Source: a virus
Taxonomy: Duplodnaviria > Caudoviricetes
Strand: one strand, 5' to 3'
IMG/VR virus record: IMGVR_UViG_3300020044_007015
Coordinates: 1 to 26,920 of that record
DNA: 26,920 nucleotides
This document shows, piece after piece, positions 25,854 to 26,920 of this stretch; position 1 is the stretch's first letter, and the number at the start of each line of letters is the position of its first letter. The translations under genes were made by a program, and so were the position numbers. The notes under the pieces were generated by a model. That model was not told the origin of the DNA, searched no databases, and saw only the letters and a list, made by a program, of their open reading frames with translations.

Positions 25854-25930
25854 CCCGCCTTAGCCCAACAGGCAGAGGCATTGGACTTAAAATCCGATTA
25901 GTGATGGTTCAAATCCATCAGGCGGGACCA
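25854..25930 (+). tRNA. tRNA-Leu(TAA), short variable loop
   Basis: Acceptor CCCGCCT/AGGCGGG, anticodon arm TTGGA-CTTAAAA-TCCGA, T-arm GATGG-TTCAAAT-CCATC, A73 and encoded CCA. Confidence 0.93.
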
Positions 25931-25933
25931 AAC

Positions 25934-26116
25934 TACCGCTTTCTGGCGGGTCATTTGCGGTATCCGGCTTGGAATTGGCCGTCCAGCGTAGTCTAACTGA
26001 TGGTGTTAGCCAAATGATCCACCTGAGCGCGGTAAGTCTGTATCAAACGACACATGCCGGGGCTGACAACTCGGGCGCTCAACCTAAGGCTGGATGACGG
26101 CTCACCCAAGACGGCC
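25934..26116 (+). ncRNA. Candidate structured RNA downstream of the tRNA
   Basis: At least five complementary segment pairs and no credible ORF. Confidence 0.45.
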
Positions 26117-26117
26117 T

Positions 26118-26324
26118 TTATAAATGTCTAGAGTGTGACGTGTAGGCTACGAAATACGCCCAAGCCGCGCTAGGATCAGCGTCGATCCACTTCTTTGCCC
26201 GCTTATACCTGCTCTTGGCGCACTCGAAACTGATGTTCAGAATCGAAGCCATTTGCCGCACAGTTTTTCCCGACTGCACCCCGTCATATACTCTTTTTTG
26301 TTCAGGCGTCATCATCCACTCCAA
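26118..26324 (-). CDS. HTH protein, possibly truncated
   Basis: MTPEQKRVY...GKTVRQMASILNIS...KSRYKRAK sigma-r4/LuxR-like HTH; likely start MMTPEQ after GGAG. Confidence 0.6.
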   Translation of the reverse strand: MEWMMTPEQKRVYDGVQSGKTVRQMASILNISFECAKSRYKRAKKWIDADPSAAWAYFVAYTSHSRHL

Positions 26325-26368
26325 ATAACTACGCCCTATCTTTATGGACAGGGCGCGTTTAGGTCAAG

Positions 26369-26653
26369 TTATGCAGGATCACCAGTAACAAGTGGAATGG
26401 TTTCAAAGCCTTGCCCGTTAGCTAATTGGCATGAAATTCCGTCAGGGTGAGTTAGAACCAATGACCACGATTTAGTTTCTGGATTGCCGAAAACCTCTAG
26501 AAGTGAACCATCGAATTGGCCGACAAAAAGACGTTGTTCACCGTATTGTTCTTCTAGGATTTTGTAACCGTCTTGAGTTGAAATGCAACGTTCCTGCGCA
26601 TATGCAGGACTACAGCTTGCGAGTAGTGTGGCAGTTAGGATTGATAGTTTCAT
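26369..26653 (-). CDS. Secreted conserved hypothetical protein
   Basis: Signal peptide (LLASC or AYA site); C...L...YGE...EVFGN.ET.SWSLV.T.PDG.SC pattern; GAGGA RBS. Confidence 0.7.
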   Translation of the reverse strand: MKLSILTATLLASCSPAYAQERCISTQDGYKILEEQYGEQRLFVGQFDGSLLEVFGNPETKSWSLVLTHPDGISCQLANGQGFETIPLVTGDPA

Positions 26654-26825
26654 TCTGTCCTCTCCAATATTCCCAACTATGGCGACAATGCCTAACAGTC
26701 ATCAAAGCACAGAACAAACGCCAAGTCAAGCTAACTTCGCGCAATAGGTATGCCCGCGCGCACAGTGACATGCGCGGACGACCGGGGAACAATCGCCCAT
26801 GGATGATATGAGATATTCGCCACAT
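26610..26825 (-). CDS. Hypothetical protein
   Basis: ORF upstream of and co-oriented with the secreted protein; start uncertain. Confidence 0.4.
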   Translation of the reverse strand: MWRISHIIHGRLFPGRPRMSLCARAYLLREVSLTWRLFCALMTVRHCRHSWEYWRGQNETINPNCHTTRKL

Positions 26826-26920
26826 AGGTAAAGCCTCGGTTGTCTTTACGTCGCGGGATTAGGAGGGATTACCGGACAAGCGGGCCACAACCGAGGAAAC
26901 CGCATGAGCTAAAGGTAATG

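Noticed and set aside
25519-25996. ORFs 25519-25734 (-) and 25763-25996 (+)
   Set aside because: They overlap the better-supported peptide, RNA elements and the tRNA.
25931-26000. Theta (HDV-like) or hammerhead ribozyme after the tRNA
   Set aside because: Could not build the nested double pseudoknot or find CUGANGA/GAAA cores by eye.
1-26920. CRISPR array, DGR, retron, intron/intein, stop-codon recoding
   Set aside because: No spaced repeats, reverse transcriptase or TR/VR pair was seen; core genes are intact, of normal length, and end in all three stop codons.

Overview
The window is a nearly complete late-gene region of a long-tailed dsDNA phage (siphovirus type). The host is probably an alphaproteobacterium (inferred from the tRNA-Arg(CCT) att core and GANTC-bearing promoters). 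Gene order: mosaic small early genes with an orphan tRNA-Arg att core (1-2810), TerL, portal, DUF2213 protease/scaffold, head decoration, major capsid, a five-gene putative fibre cassette, head-tail joining genes with a displaced MuF-like gene, major tail, frameshifted tail chaperones, tape measure, tail tip, tail fibre, a GH19 lysis cassette, a promoter-driven RNA region with tRNA-Leu(TAA), and convergent small genes. Three minus-strand islands interrupt the late operon, each next to paired divergent promoters. The best candidates for something new are: (1) a fibre-type sequence motif split twice across stop/start junctions, suggesting a daisy-chained fibre; (2) an antisense small RNA with a mini-ORF and a 14/15 complement to the 16S rRNA 3' end; (3) structured, possibly pseudoknotted RNAs flanking the tRNA; (4) promoters with identically placed CcrM/GcrA-type sites. 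All family calls come from motif recognition and synteny, not database searches.
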